Position numbers and translations under genes: made by a program
Shown: piece by piece, positions 35,046-43,842 of the stretch
Position numbering within the stretch: position 1 is the stretch's first letter
Layout: every line of letters begins with the position of its first letter
Source: Chloroflexota bacterium
GTDB lineage: Bacteria > Chloroflexota > Dehalococcoidia > Lucifugimonadales > Australimonadaceae
DNA: 64,000 nucleotides
Direction of reading: 5' to 3'
Assembly (NCBI GenBank): GCA_009838965.1
Contig: VXQP01000073.1
Coordinates: forward strand, 77,155-141,154
The notes under the pieces: model-generated
Databases searched by the model: none
What the model saw: only the letters and a program-made list of their open reading frames with translations
What the model was told of the DNA's origin: nothing

Positions 35046-35158
35046 GGGCTCAAAAAGGCTCATCTACCTCTGACTCCTGCGTCCTGATGAGCCCTTCAAG
35101 GGGCTCAAACGGGCTCATTCCGCTGTGTTTTCGAGCCCTTCTGAGCCTTCTTGAGCCC
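35046..35158 (-). repeat. TGAGC-motif structured intergenic element, copy B (palindromic architecture)
   Basis: Eight GGCTCA/TGAGCC motifs. Outer 17-nt inverted repeat 35046..35062 / 35142..35158 (16 of 17). Inner hairpins TGAGCCC (35088..35094) / GGGCTCA (35101..35107 or 35111..35117). Confidence 0.6.
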
Positions 35159-35194
35159 ATCAGCCGCTGCCTCATCCGTCCCGGACGCGCCCGT

Positions 35195-35220
35195 TTCCAA
35201 CGTTCGTTCGCCGTTCGGAA
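35195..35220. promoter_or_regulatory. Near-palindrome TTCCAACG-N9-CGTTCGGAA upstream of the tcuA-like gene
   Basis: Imperfect inverted repeat about 95 nt upstream of ATG 35315. Confidence 0.25.
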
Positions 35221-35314
35221 CAGCGTACGCGGAGGCGGCGGAATGGCGAAAGAGGCAAGTGTCACAGGACGTGGCGGGCGCGAGCCACACGCCAACGTGC
35301 TAACCTAACCCGCC

Positions 35315-36805
35315 ATGAGCACAGCAAACGCAAACACCGCAGACATCATCGTCATCGGCGCGGGCAACGCAGCCCTCTGCGCCGCGCTCGCCGCCCGCGA
35401 AGCGGGACGCAGCGTCGTCGTCCTCGAGAAGGCCCCTGAGCCCATGCGCGGCGGCAACACCTACTTCACCGGAGGCGCCATCCGCTTCTCCTACAAGGGC
35501 ATCGACGAGGTCGTCCAGCTCGTGCCGGACCTCTCGCCAGCCGAGTTGGACGTGATCGAGGTCGGCTCCTACACCGAGGCCAAGTACTTCGAGGACCTCA
35601 TGCGCGTCACGGAGGGACTCTCCGACCAGGAGATGGCCGACACGCTCGTGCGGCAGTCGTTCCCAACCATGAAGTGGATGTACGAGCAGGGCGTGCGCTT
35701 CGTGCCGTCGTGGACGCACCAGGCGTTCAAGGTGGAGGGCAAGTTCCGCTTCTGGGGCGGCCTCTGCCTGCAGGCCGTCGGGGGCGGGAAGGGCCTCTCC
35801 GACCAGCTCTTCGAGATCGCCATCGAGCGCGGCGTCGACGTGCGCTACGACCACACCGCGATGCGCCTGGAGCAGGACGACGCCGGGCGCGTGAACGGCG
35901 TCACCGTGCGCACACCGAACGGACGGCAGACGCTCACCGGCGACGCGGTCGTGCTCGCGTGCGGCGGCTTCGAGGCGAACCCCGAGATGCGCGCCCGCTA
36001 CCTCGGCCCCGGGTGGGAGCTCGCCAAGGTGCGCGGCGTCCGCTACAACACCGGCGACGGCCACAAGATGGCGTTCGACGTCGGGGCGCAGGCGTTCGGC
36101 CACTACAGCGGCTGCCACGCCGTCGCGTGGGACCTCAACGCGCCTCCGTTCGGCAACCGCTCCATCACGGACCTCTACCAGAAGCACTCGTACCCGTTCG
36201 GCCTCATCGTGAACGTGGACGGCAAGCGGTTCGTCGACGAGGGCGCGGACTTCCGCAACTACACCTACGCCAAGTACGGCAAGCAGATCCTCTTCCAGCC
36301 GGAGCGCGCCGCCTTCCAACTCTTCGACCAGAAGACGCTCCACCTGCTGCGCGACGAGTACCGCATACCCCAAGTCACGAAGGGCGAGGCGGACACCATC
36401 GAGGGGCTCGCCGACCAGCTCGGCATCGACCCTGATGGGCTTGCGCAGACCGTCGCCGAGTACAATGCCGCCTGCCGGCCCGGCGACTACAACCCCACGG
36501 TGCTGGATGGCGTCCATACGGAAAATATCGAGCCGCCCAAGACCAACTGGGCGCTCCCGCTGGACACTCCGCCGTACGAGGGCTACGCCGTGACGTGCGG
36601 CATCACGTTCACGTTCGGCGGGCTGCGCATCGACCGCCGCGCGCAGGTCATGGACACGACCGACAACCCCATCCCCGGCCTCTACGCCGCGGGTGAGATC
36701 GTCGGCGGCCTCTTCTACCACAACTACGCCGGCGGAGCGGGCCTCATGCAGGGCTCCGTCTTCGGCAGGATCGCCGGCTCCTCAGCCGCCCAGGACGTGG
36801 GTTAA
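35315..36805 (+). CDS. FAD-dependent tricarballylate dehydrogenase-like flavoprotein (TcuA / fumarate-reductase flavoprotein family)
   Basis: DIIVIGAGNAALCAALAAREAG dinucleotide fold, GGNTYFTGGAIRF, and C-terminal GLYAAGEIVGGLFYHNYAGGAGL. Confidence 0.8.
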   Translation: MSTANANTADIIVIGAGNAALCAALAAREAGRSVVVLEKAPEPMRGGNTYFTGGAIRFSYKGIDEVVQLVPDLSPAELDVIEVGSYTEAKYFEDLMRVTEGLSDQEMADTLVRQSFPTMKWMYEQGVRFVPSWTHQAFKVEGKFRFWGGLCLQAVGGGKGLSDQLFEIAIERGVDVRYDHTAMRLEQDDAGRVNGVTVRTPNGRQTLTGDAVVLACGGFEANPEMRARYLGPGWELAKVRGVRYNTGDGHKMAFDVGAQAFGHYSGCHAVAWDLNAPPFGNRSITDLYQKHSYPFGLIVNVDGKRFVDEGADFRNYTYAKYGKQILFQPERAAFQLFDQKTLHLLRDEYRIPQVTKGEADTIEGLADQLGIDPDGLAQTVAEYNAACRPGDYNPTVLDGVHTENIEPPKTNWALPLDTPPYEGYAVTCGITFTFGGLRIDRRAQVMDTTDNPIPGLYAAGEIVGGLFYHNYAGGAGLMQGSVFGRIAGSSAAQDVG

Positions 36806-36915
36806 GGGCACATCGGACACCCGCCCATTGCGTCGTCGCGCCGACGCCGCCTACGCTGGCAACCAGCCCTGCCGCACCCGAACCCGGCCCTCCGGGACCA
36901 CGAGTGAGTGTTCCA

Positions 36916-36974
36916 GAATGTTGCTGAATGTTGCAGTTACTGAGAACGTGCCAGCCCCACCATTCTCGTAACTG
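36916..36974. promoter_or_regulatory. Tandem direct repeat GAATGTTGC x2 (36916..36924, 36926..36934) abutting the inverted repeat CAGTTACTGAGAA / TTCTCGTAACTG (36934..36946, 36963..36974)
   Basis: Seen directly in the 344-nt gap before the 37150 gene. Operator-like or hairpin-forming. Confidence 0.4.
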
Positions 36975-37079
36975 CCGACAGCACTCGTGATTGAGGCGTA
37001 ACAACCGCGCACAAGAGGCTGGGCCGGGTCCAACGGATCGCATCGGGCGGCGCACGGTTCCGGTAACACTCCGCTCTGT

Positions 37080-37108
37080 TTGACACCCCCCATGGCGGCG
37101 GGTATGTT
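37080..37108 (+). promoter_or_regulatory. Sigma70-like promoter candidate, TTGACA-N17-TATGTT
   Basis: ttgaca cccccatggcggcgggt atgttc region. The -10 lies 42 nt upstream of ATG 37150, which has a GGAGGAGGGAG RBS. Confidence 0.45.
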
Positions 37109-37149
37109 CGCGAGTCGGAACACCATCGATCCCGGAGGAGGGAGAGCCC

Positions 37150-38166
37150 ATGGCAGGAAAAGTGCAACTCAGCTTCATATCGGCGAGGAACGAGCGCATC
37201 GCCAAGCTGCTGGACGGCGAGGTGGAGGTGGAGGGCGTTGACCTCGTCTGGACGAACTCCGACCCCTCGGAGACCTTCTGGCGCCAGCTCAAGTTCGAAG
37301 AGTTCGAGGTCTGCGAGATGTCGTTCTCCTCGCTGCTCATCGCCAAGGCCCGCGGCAGCGACATGGTCGCCATCCCCGTCTTCCCGTCGCGGCGATTCAT
37401 GCACGCGCAGCTCTCCGTCAACGTCGACTCCGGCGTCGAGAAGCCGAACGACCTCTACGGCAAGCGCATCGGCGTCGGCGAGTACCAGCAGACCGCGTCC
37501 CTCTGGACGCGCGGCGTCCTCCAGCACGACTTCGGCGTCGACCAGTTCAGCGTGGACTGGTGGATGGAGCGCTCCGAGGAGTTGAGCCACGGCGGCGCGA
37601 CCGGCTTCAAGCCGATGGAAGGCATCAAGTTCAACCGCATCCCGGAGGACAAGAGCCTCGCCACGATGCTCGCGCGCGGCGAGCTCGACGCCGCCCCCAT
37701 AGGCCGCGCCTTCTCCAACGAGAAGAACGTCATCGACCGCTCGACCACCATCCGCCCGAAGCCCGAGGAGTTCGCCAAGGTCAGGCCGCTTTTCCCGGAC
37801 TTCATGGCGGAGGGCAAGCGCTTCTTCGAGACGCACGGCTACATCCCCGCCAACCACTGCTACGCCATACGCGGCGACATCCACGAGAAGTACCCGTGGG
37901 TCGCCTTCAACCTCTACGCCGCGTTCGTGCGAGCGAAAGAGGAGTGGTACGCCGAGCTGTCCAGCCGCGTCCCCAGCGACCTCATCTTCGGCCCGCAGTA
38001 CATGGCGCAGACCCGCAGGATCTTCGGCTCGGACCCCTTCACCTACGGCCTGAAGGACAACCAGAAGATGATCGACACCATGATCGGCTTCTCCCACGAG
38101 CAGGGCTTCATCCCCCGCAAGCCGGACATGGAGGAGCTCTTCGCCCCGCCCATGCTCGACCTGTAG
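37150..38166 (+). CDS. 4,5-dihydroxyphthalate decarboxylase-like / NMT1-type periplasmic-binding-fold protein
   Basis: VEVEGVDLVWTNSDPSETFWRQLKFEEFEVCEMSFSSLLIA and IGVGEYQQTASLWTRGVL, as in PhtD-like proteins. No signal peptide. Confidence 0.65.
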   Translation: MAGKVQLSFISARNERIAKLLDGEVEVEGVDLVWTNSDPSETFWRQLKFEEFEVCEMSFSSLLIAKARGSDMVAIPVFPSRRFMHAQLSVNVDSGVEKPNDLYGKRIGVGEYQQTASLWTRGVLQHDFGVDQFSVDWWMERSEELSHGGATGFKPMEGIKFNRIPEDKSLATMLARGELDAAPIGRAFSNEKNVIDRSTTIRPKPEEFAKVRPLFPDFMAEGKRFFETHGYIPANHCYAIRGDIHEKYPWVAFNLYAAFVRAKEEWYAELSSRVPSDLIFGPQYMAQTRRIFGSDPFTYGLKDNQKMIDTMIGFSHEQGFIPRKPDMEELFAPPMLDL

Positions 38167-38218
38167 GCAACGACACCCGCCGGTTGACCGAGCGCACGCC
38201 CCTCCTTAGCATCGTTGT

Positions 38219-39589
38219 ATGGCCGAGTCCGAACCGAGCCGAGCGCTCTTCGCTGACCTCTACGAACTGACCATGGCGCAGGCGTACTGGCAGCACGGCC
38301 ACAACGCCCCGGCCACCTTCAGCCTCGCGTTCCGCAACCTGCCGCCGGACCGCGGCTACGCCGTCTTCGCCGGGCTGGAGGACGCACTCGATCACCTCGA
38401 GGCGCTCCGCTTCACCGGTGCCGACGTCGACTACCTGCGCTCGCTCGGCCTGTTCGACCCCGCGTTCATCGAATGGCTGCCGTCGCTGCGCTTCACCGGC
38501 GACGTGCGGGCGATGGGCGAGGGCGACCTCGTCTTCGCGGAGGAGCCGGTCGTCGAGGTCACCGCGCCCGTCATCGAGGCCCAACTCGTCGAGACCGCGG
38601 TGATGAACGCAATCGGCCTTCAGACGATGCTTGCCACGAAGGCCGCGCGCGTCATGCACGCCGCGCAGGGCAGGGCGGTCGTCGAGTTCGCCGCGCGCCG
38701 CACCCAGGGCGAGGAGGCCGCCGACCGGCTCGCCCGTACCACCTACCTCGTGGGGTTCGGCGGCACCAGCAACGTCCTCGCCGCTGCCCGCTACGGCATC
38801 CCGCCGGTCGGCACGATGGCGCACTCGTTCATCTCCAGCTTCCCCACCGAGGCCGAGGCGTTCGACGCCTACGCCGGCTCCTTCCCGGACACGAGCACGC
38901 TGCTCGTCGACACCTACGACACGGTCGAAGGCGTCCGCCGCGCCGCGGAGACGGGCAAACGACTCCGCGAGTCCGGCCACGCCCTGCGCGCCATCCGGCT
39001 CGACAGTGGCGACCTGCTCGCGCTTTCCATCGCGAGCCGCAGGATCCTCGACGAAGCCGGCCTCACGGATGTGCAGGTCTTCGCCAGCGGCGGCTTGGAC
39101 GAGTTCGATATAGAAGCGCTGCTCGCAGCCGGAGCGCGTATCGACGGCTTCGGGATCGGCACGAAGCTCGGCGTCTCTGCGGACGCGCCGTGGATGGACT
39201 GGGCGTACAAGCTCGCCGAGTACGACGGCACGCCTGTCCTCAAGCTCAGCGAGGGCAAGGCGTCGCTCGCCGGTCGCAAGCAGGTCTACCGTCGATCGGA
39301 CAGCGAGGGCCTCTACACCGGTGACACCCTCGCGCTCGAGGATGAGCAACTGGCTGAAGGAGACGGCTCGCCGCTGCTGACGGACGTCATGCTCGGCGGA
39401 CGGCGCACCGGCCCCGCGCCAACGCTGCCGGAACTGCGGGAGCGCTTCGCCGCCGGTTTCGCGCGCCTGCCGGAGCGGTACAAGACGCTGCGTTCGCCCG
39501 AGCTCTACCCCGTACACCACACCTGGGCGCTCGAGGAGACTCAGTGGCGCGCAACGCAGGAGACACTCGCGCGGCAGCAGCACGCCTGA
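38219..39589 (+). CDS. pncB: Nicotinate phosphoribosyltransferase
   Basis: LFADLYELTMAQAYW N-terminus, GTMAHSFI, IRLDSGD. Confidence 0.9.
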   Translation: MAESEPSRALFADLYELTMAQAYWQHGHNAPATFSLAFRNLPPDRGYAVFAGLEDALDHLEALRFTGADVDYLRSLGLFDPAFIEWLPSLRFTGDVRAMGEGDLVFAEEPVVEVTAPVIEAQLVETAVMNAIGLQTMLATKAARVMHAAQGRAVVEFAARRTQGEEAADRLARTTYLVGFGGTSNVLAAARYGIPPVGTMAHSFISSFPTEAEAFDAYAGSFPDTSTLLVDTYDTVEGVRRAAETGKRLRESGHALRAIRLDSGDLLALSIASRRILDEAGLTDVQVFASGGLDEFDIEALLAAGARIDGFGIGTKLGVSADAPWMDWAYKLAEYDGTPVLKLSEGKASLAGRKQVYRRSDSEGLYTGDTLALEDEQLAEGDGSPLLTDVMLGGRRTGPAPTLPELRERFAAGFARLPERYKTLRSPELYPVHHTWALEETQWRATQETLARQQHA

Positions 39590-39595
39590 TCGCCG

Positions 39596-40180
39596 CTACT
39601 CCTCCGCCAGCGCCTCCTCCGTCGTGGTGAGCACCGCGCCGTTCAGCTCCATCAGATGGAGTGCCCTGTCGCCATCGCCCGGCTCAACGTTCACCGCCGC
39701 GACTGCGTCCGCCAGCACGTACGTCTCGTAGCCGTTGGCGACCGCGTCCACTACTGTGTTCACGACGCAGTAGTCGGTCGCGAGCCCGCCCACGTACACC
39801 CGGGTGACGCCCCCGGCCTTCAGCTGCGCGTCGAGGTCGGAGTCGATGAAGCCGGAGTAGGCGTCCTTGTCGAGGCTGGCGCCCTTGCGGATCACCCGCG
39901 TCCCCTCCGGCAGCCCCAACTCTGCGTGGAACGCCGCGCCATGCGAGTCCTGCACGCAGTGGTCCGGCCACTGCCCGCCCTGCGTCGCGAACGACAGGTG
40001 CCCCGCCGGGTGCCAGTCCTGCGTTGCGAACACCTTGCCGCCGCGCTCCGCGAACGTCCTGGCGGTGGCGCCCATCTTCCGTGCCACGGCGTCGCCGCCG
40101 GTCACGCCCAGCGAGCCGCCGGGACAGAAATCGTTCTGCACGTCAACGACGATCAGCGCGTCCAGGTTCGTTATTCGCAC
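39596..40180 (-). CDS. pncA: Nicotinamidase/pyrazinamidase (isochorismatase family)
   Basis: ALIVVDVQNDFCPGGSL, QDWHP, GLATDYCV. GTG start. Convergent with pncB across a 6-nt gap. Confidence 0.9.
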   Translation of the reverse strand: MRITNLDALIVVDVQNDFCPGGSLGVTGGDAVARKMGATARTFAERGGKVFATQDWHPAGHLSFATQGGQWPDHCVQDSHGAAFHAELGLPEGTRVIRKGASLDKDAYSGFIDSDLDAQLKAGGVTRVYVGGLATDYCVVNTVVDAVANGYETYVLADAVAAVNVEPGDGDRALHLMELNGAVLTTTEEALAEE

Positions 40181-40267
40181 GGTGCACTCCTCGCGGACGA
40201 CTCCCCTCTATGGTACCCCCGTTCACGCCTGCAAGAGGAAGGGCAGGGGAGTCGTCATTCCCGCGCA

Positions 40268-40390
40268 GGCCTGCGCTTTAGCGCGCAACCTCGTATCCCA
40301 CCTCTCCTGGGGGAGAGGTGGACGCGCTTGCGCGGCGGGTGAGGGCCCTTGTGGGGCTGAGGTGAGGGTACTCCGGAGCGGGGCAGGGGA
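40268..40390. repeat. REP-like nested-hairpin repeat cluster
   Basis: gcgctttagcgcgc, aacctcgtatcccacctctcctgggggagagg (a third copy of the 37-nt unit seen at 2238 and 2444), gcgcgcttgcgcggcgggtgaggg. Confidence 0.85.
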
Positions 40391-40397
40391 CGTGGCA

Positions 40398-40406
40398 TGC
40401 TAGAAT
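40398..40406 (+). promoter_or_regulatory. Extended -10 promoter candidate, TGcTAGAAT, upstream of dapF
   Basis: catgcTAGAATgacc lies 19 nt upstream of ATG 40425. Confidence 0.4.
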
Positions 40407-40424
40407 GACCTCTGAGGCACGGCT

Positions 40425-41327
40425 ATGCACTTCACGAAACTCCAGGGCGCAGGCAACGACTACATCTACGTCGACGGCCTGAACGAGCAGCGCGACTGGC
40501 CGGAGGTCGCGCGGCGCATATCCGACCGGCACTTCGGCGTCGGCGCCGACGGCCTCATCGTCGTGGCTCCCTCCGAGCAGGCCCCGGTGCGCATGCGGAT
40601 GTACAACGTGGACGGCTCGGAAGGCGAGATGTGCGGGAACGGCATCCGCTGCTTCGCCAAGTTCGTCCTGGAGCGCGGCATGGTGCCCGCCAATGGCGCC
40701 ACCTTGGACGTGGAGACGGGCGCCGGTGTATTGAACATCGCCCCGCACTGGAACGGCGGCCGCGTCGTCGGCGCACGCGTCAACATGGGCGAACCCATCC
40801 TCCGCGCCGCGGACGTGCCCGTCGACGTCTCAAAGATGGGCCCCAGCGACTACGCCGCGCTGGACGTTGGCCTCGTCGAGTCCCTCGGCCTGCGCCCGGA
40901 CGAGCTGGCCTTCGATGCGGAAGTAGCTGTGAACGGCGTTACGTTCGCGCTCACGGCGGTGTCGATGGGCAACCCCCACGTCACGGCGTTCATCGACGAG
41001 CCGGTGAACAGCGTCGAACTCGACAGGCTCGGGCCTCGCATGGAGCGCCACGAGGCGTACCCGCGCCGGATCAATTTCCACCTTGCGAACGTCGTGGCGC
41101 GCGACCACCTCATCTCGCGGACGTGGGAGCGCGGCTCCGGCTTGACGCTCGCCTGCGGGACCGGCGTGAGTTCCATCGTCGTTGCGGCGCGCCTGCACGG
41201 CATGGTGGAGGACGAGGTCCGCGTCGAGGTGCCCGGCGGCGAGCTCACCATCACCTGGCCCGGTCACGGCCCCGTGTTCATGGACGGCGACGCCGTCGAG
41301 GTCTTCTCCGGCGAGTTCCCGGACTGA
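40425..41327 (+). CDS. dapF: Diaminopimelate epimerase
   Basis: FTKLQGAGNDYIYVD, and catalytic Cys contexts GEMCGNGIRCF and LACGTG. Confidence 0.92.
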   Translation: MHFTKLQGAGNDYIYVDGLNEQRDWPEVARRISDRHFGVGADGLIVVAPSEQAPVRMRMYNVDGSEGEMCGNGIRCFAKFVLERGMVPANGATLDVETGAGVLNIAPHWNGGRVVGARVNMGEPILRAADVPVDVSKMGPSDYAALDVGLVESLGLRPDELAFDAEVAVNGVTFALTAVSMGNPHVTAFIDEPVNSVELDRLGPRMERHEAYPRRINFHLANVVARDHLISRTWERGSGLTLACGTGVSSIVVAARLHGMVEDEVRVEVPGGELTITWPGHGPVFMDGDAVEVFSGEFPD

Positions 41328-41395
41328 GCCCACGCTCCCGCCGCACGCCTGTATAATCCCGAACGATTCCTGACTTACCCGGAGGTTCCTTCCGT

Positions 41396-42574
41396 ATGCA
41401 ACTCGCCAACCGGCTCGACCAGCTCCCGCCGTATCTCTTCCTGGAGATCAGCCGGAAGATCGCGGAGAAGCGCGCCCAGGGGATGGACGTCATCAGCTTC
41501 GGCATCGGCGACCCCGCCCACCCCACGCCCGAGCACATCCTGCCCGCGCTCAAGACGCCCTCCGCCGACCCGCCCCACCATCGCTACCCGGAGTCCGAGG
41601 GTCTGCCGGAGATGCGACAGGCCATCGCACGCTGGTACACGCGCCGCTTCGACATCGAACTCGGCGACAAGGAGATCGTGCCGCTCATCGGGGCGAAGGA
41701 GGGCATCGGCCACATGGCGCTCTGCCTCATCGACCCCGGCGATATCGCGCTCGTGCCCGACCCCGCGTACCCGGTCTACTCGGTCGGGACCATGTTCGCG
41801 GGCGGCACCTCGTACATGATGCCGCTGCTGGAAGAGAACGCCTTCCACCCGGACCTTTCACAGATACCGGAGGACGTCGCGCGCAAGGCGAAGGTGCTCT
41901 GGTTCAACTACCCCAACAACCCGACCGGCGCGCTCGCGACGCCCGAACTGTTCGAGGAGGTAGTCGCGTTCGCGAAGGAGTACGACGTCGCGGTCTGTCA
42001 CGACGCCTGCTACTCCGAGGTGACGTTCGACGGCTACGTCGCGCCGAGCTTCCTGCAAACACCCGGTGCGATGGACGTGGGCATCGAGTTCCACTCGCTC
42101 TCCAAGACCTACAACATGACCGGCTGGCGCATCGGCATGGCCGTCGGCAACCAGCAGCTCATCGACGCGCTCGTGCGGGTGAAGTCCAACCTCGACTCCG
42201 GCATCCCGCAGGCGGTGCAGTACATGGGCATCGAGGCGCTGGACAACACCACGCCCGAGTGGCTGGCCGCCAACAACGAGATATACCGCAGGCGGCGCGA
42301 CCGCGTCGTGGACGCCCTCACGGCCATCGGGCTGCAGGTGAACCGCCCCAAGTCCGGCTTCTACATCTGGGCGCGCTGCCCGGACGGCTGGACCTCGGCG
42401 CAGTTGGCCACCGAACTGCTCGACAAGCACGCCGTGGTCGTGACGCCGGGACGGGGCTACGGCGAGGCGGGCGAGGGCTACATCCGCCTCTCGCTCACGA
42501 CGCCCGATGAGCGGGTGGACGAGGGTCTGAAGCGCCTCGAGGGTTGGCGTCTGCCAGATGCACCGGCGAGATAG
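41396..42574 (+). CDS. dapL: LL-diaminopimelate aminotransferase-type class I/II aminotransferase
   Basis: LPPYLFLEISRKIAEKRAQGMDVISFGIGDP, NYPNNPTGA, SLSKTYNMTGWRIG. Adjacent to dapF. Confidence 0.8.
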   Translation: MQLANRLDQLPPYLFLEISRKIAEKRAQGMDVISFGIGDPAHPTPEHILPALKTPSADPPHHRYPESEGLPEMRQAIARWYTRRFDIELGDKEIVPLIGAKEGIGHMALCLIDPGDIALVPDPAYPVYSVGTMFAGGTSYMMPLLEENAFHPDLSQIPEDVARKAKVLWFNYPNNPTGALATPELFEEVVAFAKEYDVAVCHDACYSEVTFDGYVAPSFLQTPGAMDVGIEFHSLSKTYNMTGWRIGMAVGNQQLIDALVRVKSNLDSGIPQAVQYMGIEALDNTTPEWLAANNEIYRRRRDRVVDALTAIGLQVNRPKSGFYIWARCPDGWTSAQLATELLDKHAVVVTPGRGYGEAGEGYIRLSLTTPDERVDEGLKRLEGWRLPDAPAR

Positions 42575-42666
42575 GACACGAGCGCCTTCTTCGTACTGGA
42601 CATCGGCAGGTAGAATCGAAGGCACCAAACCGGAGCGGCTCACTCATAGCACGGCGATCGAGAACA

Positions 42667-43842
42667 GTGGAAACGGCCCAGACGCCCGAGCAGGCGCTGC
42701 TCGTGGGCGTGGGCATCAAGGGGCGGCGCTCGCCCTGGACGGTTGCCGACTCGCTCGAAGAGCTCGCTCAACTGGCCGACACCGCAGGCGCAGAGGTGGC
42801 CGGATCGGTCTCCCAGCAGCTGGAAGCGCCGTCCCACACGTACGTCGGCAAGGGCAAACTCCAGGAGATCGCGGACGCCCGGCGTGCCATCGGCTTCGGC
42901 ACCTTGATCTGCGACGACGAACTGACGCCCACACAGCAGCAGAACCTCGAGCGTGCGCTCGGCGAGCGCGTGAAGGTCATCGACCGTACCGCCCTCATCC
43001 TGGACGTGTTCGCACGGCACGCGAGAACGCGAGAAGGACGCCTGCAAGTTGAACTGGCGCAGGCGGAGTACCTTCTGCCGCGCCTGGCGGGCCAGTGGAG
43101 CCACCTGGAGCGCCTCGGAGGCGGAATCGGCACCCGGGGGCCCGGCGAAACGCAGATAGAGACGGACCGGCGGCTCGTCGGCCAGCGCATCCAGCGTCTG
43201 AAACAGGAACTGGAGAAGGTACGCCGGCATCGCGCTCAGTACCGCGCCCGCAGGCACAGGAACAGATTGCCCGTGGTGGCGCTCGTCGGCTACACGAACG
43301 CGGGGAAGAGCAGCCTGCTGAACGCGCTCTCCGGCGCGGGCGTGCTCGCGCGCGGCCAGCTGTTCTCGACACTCGATCCCGTGACACGCAAGGTGCGCCT
43401 GCCGGACGGAGGAGAGGCGTTGCTGACGGACACGGTGGGCTTCATTCAGAAGCTGCCCACGACGCTTGTGGCGGCCTTCCGTGCAACGCTCGAAGAGGTG
43501 CAGGAAGCGTCGGTGCTGCTGCACGTTGTCGACATCTCGCACCCGAACGCGGCCGAGCAGGTGGAAGTGGTGGAGGACATCCTGCGCGACCTGGACCTCA
43601 CTGACACCCCGCGCGTGCTCGCGCTGAACAAGGTGGACCTCCTGGACTCGGACGGCGCAGGTTCCGTGCCGAGCACGGAAGGCATCAAAGCGGTGCTGAC
43701 GTCGGCGGTGAGCGGCGCGGGGCTGCACGAGCTTCTGCAGGCAGTGTCCACGCAGGTGAACGATGATGTACCATCCGGCGCCGAACCGGCGCTTGCAGGC
43801 GCGAAAGCCAAACGAGGAGCGACCCACAGGAACCATGGCTGA
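42667..43842 (+). CDS. hflX: GTPase HflX
   Basis: ALLVGV N-domain, GGGIGTRGPGETQIE, G1 GYTNAGKSSLLNAL, DTVGF, NKVD. GTG at 42667 preferred over the track start 42544, which overlaps dapL. Confidence 0.88.
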   Translation: METAQTPEQALLVGVGIKGRRSPWTVADSLEELAQLADTAGAEVAGSVSQQLEAPSHTYVGKGKLQEIADARRAIGFGTLICDDELTPTQQQNLERALGERVKVIDRTALILDVFARHARTREGRLQVELAQAEYLLPRLAGQWSHLERLGGGIGTRGPGETQIETDRRLVGQRIQRLKQELEKVRRHRAQYRARRHRNRLPVVALVGYTNAGKSSLLNALSGAGVLARGQLFSTLDPVTRKVRLPDGGEALLTDTVGFIQKLPTTLVAAFRATLEEVQEASVLLHVVDISHPNAAEQVEVVEDILRDLDLTDTPRVLALNKVDLLDSDGAGSVPSTEGIKAVLTSAVSGAGLHELLQAVSTQVNDDVPSGAEPALAGAKAKRGATHRNHG

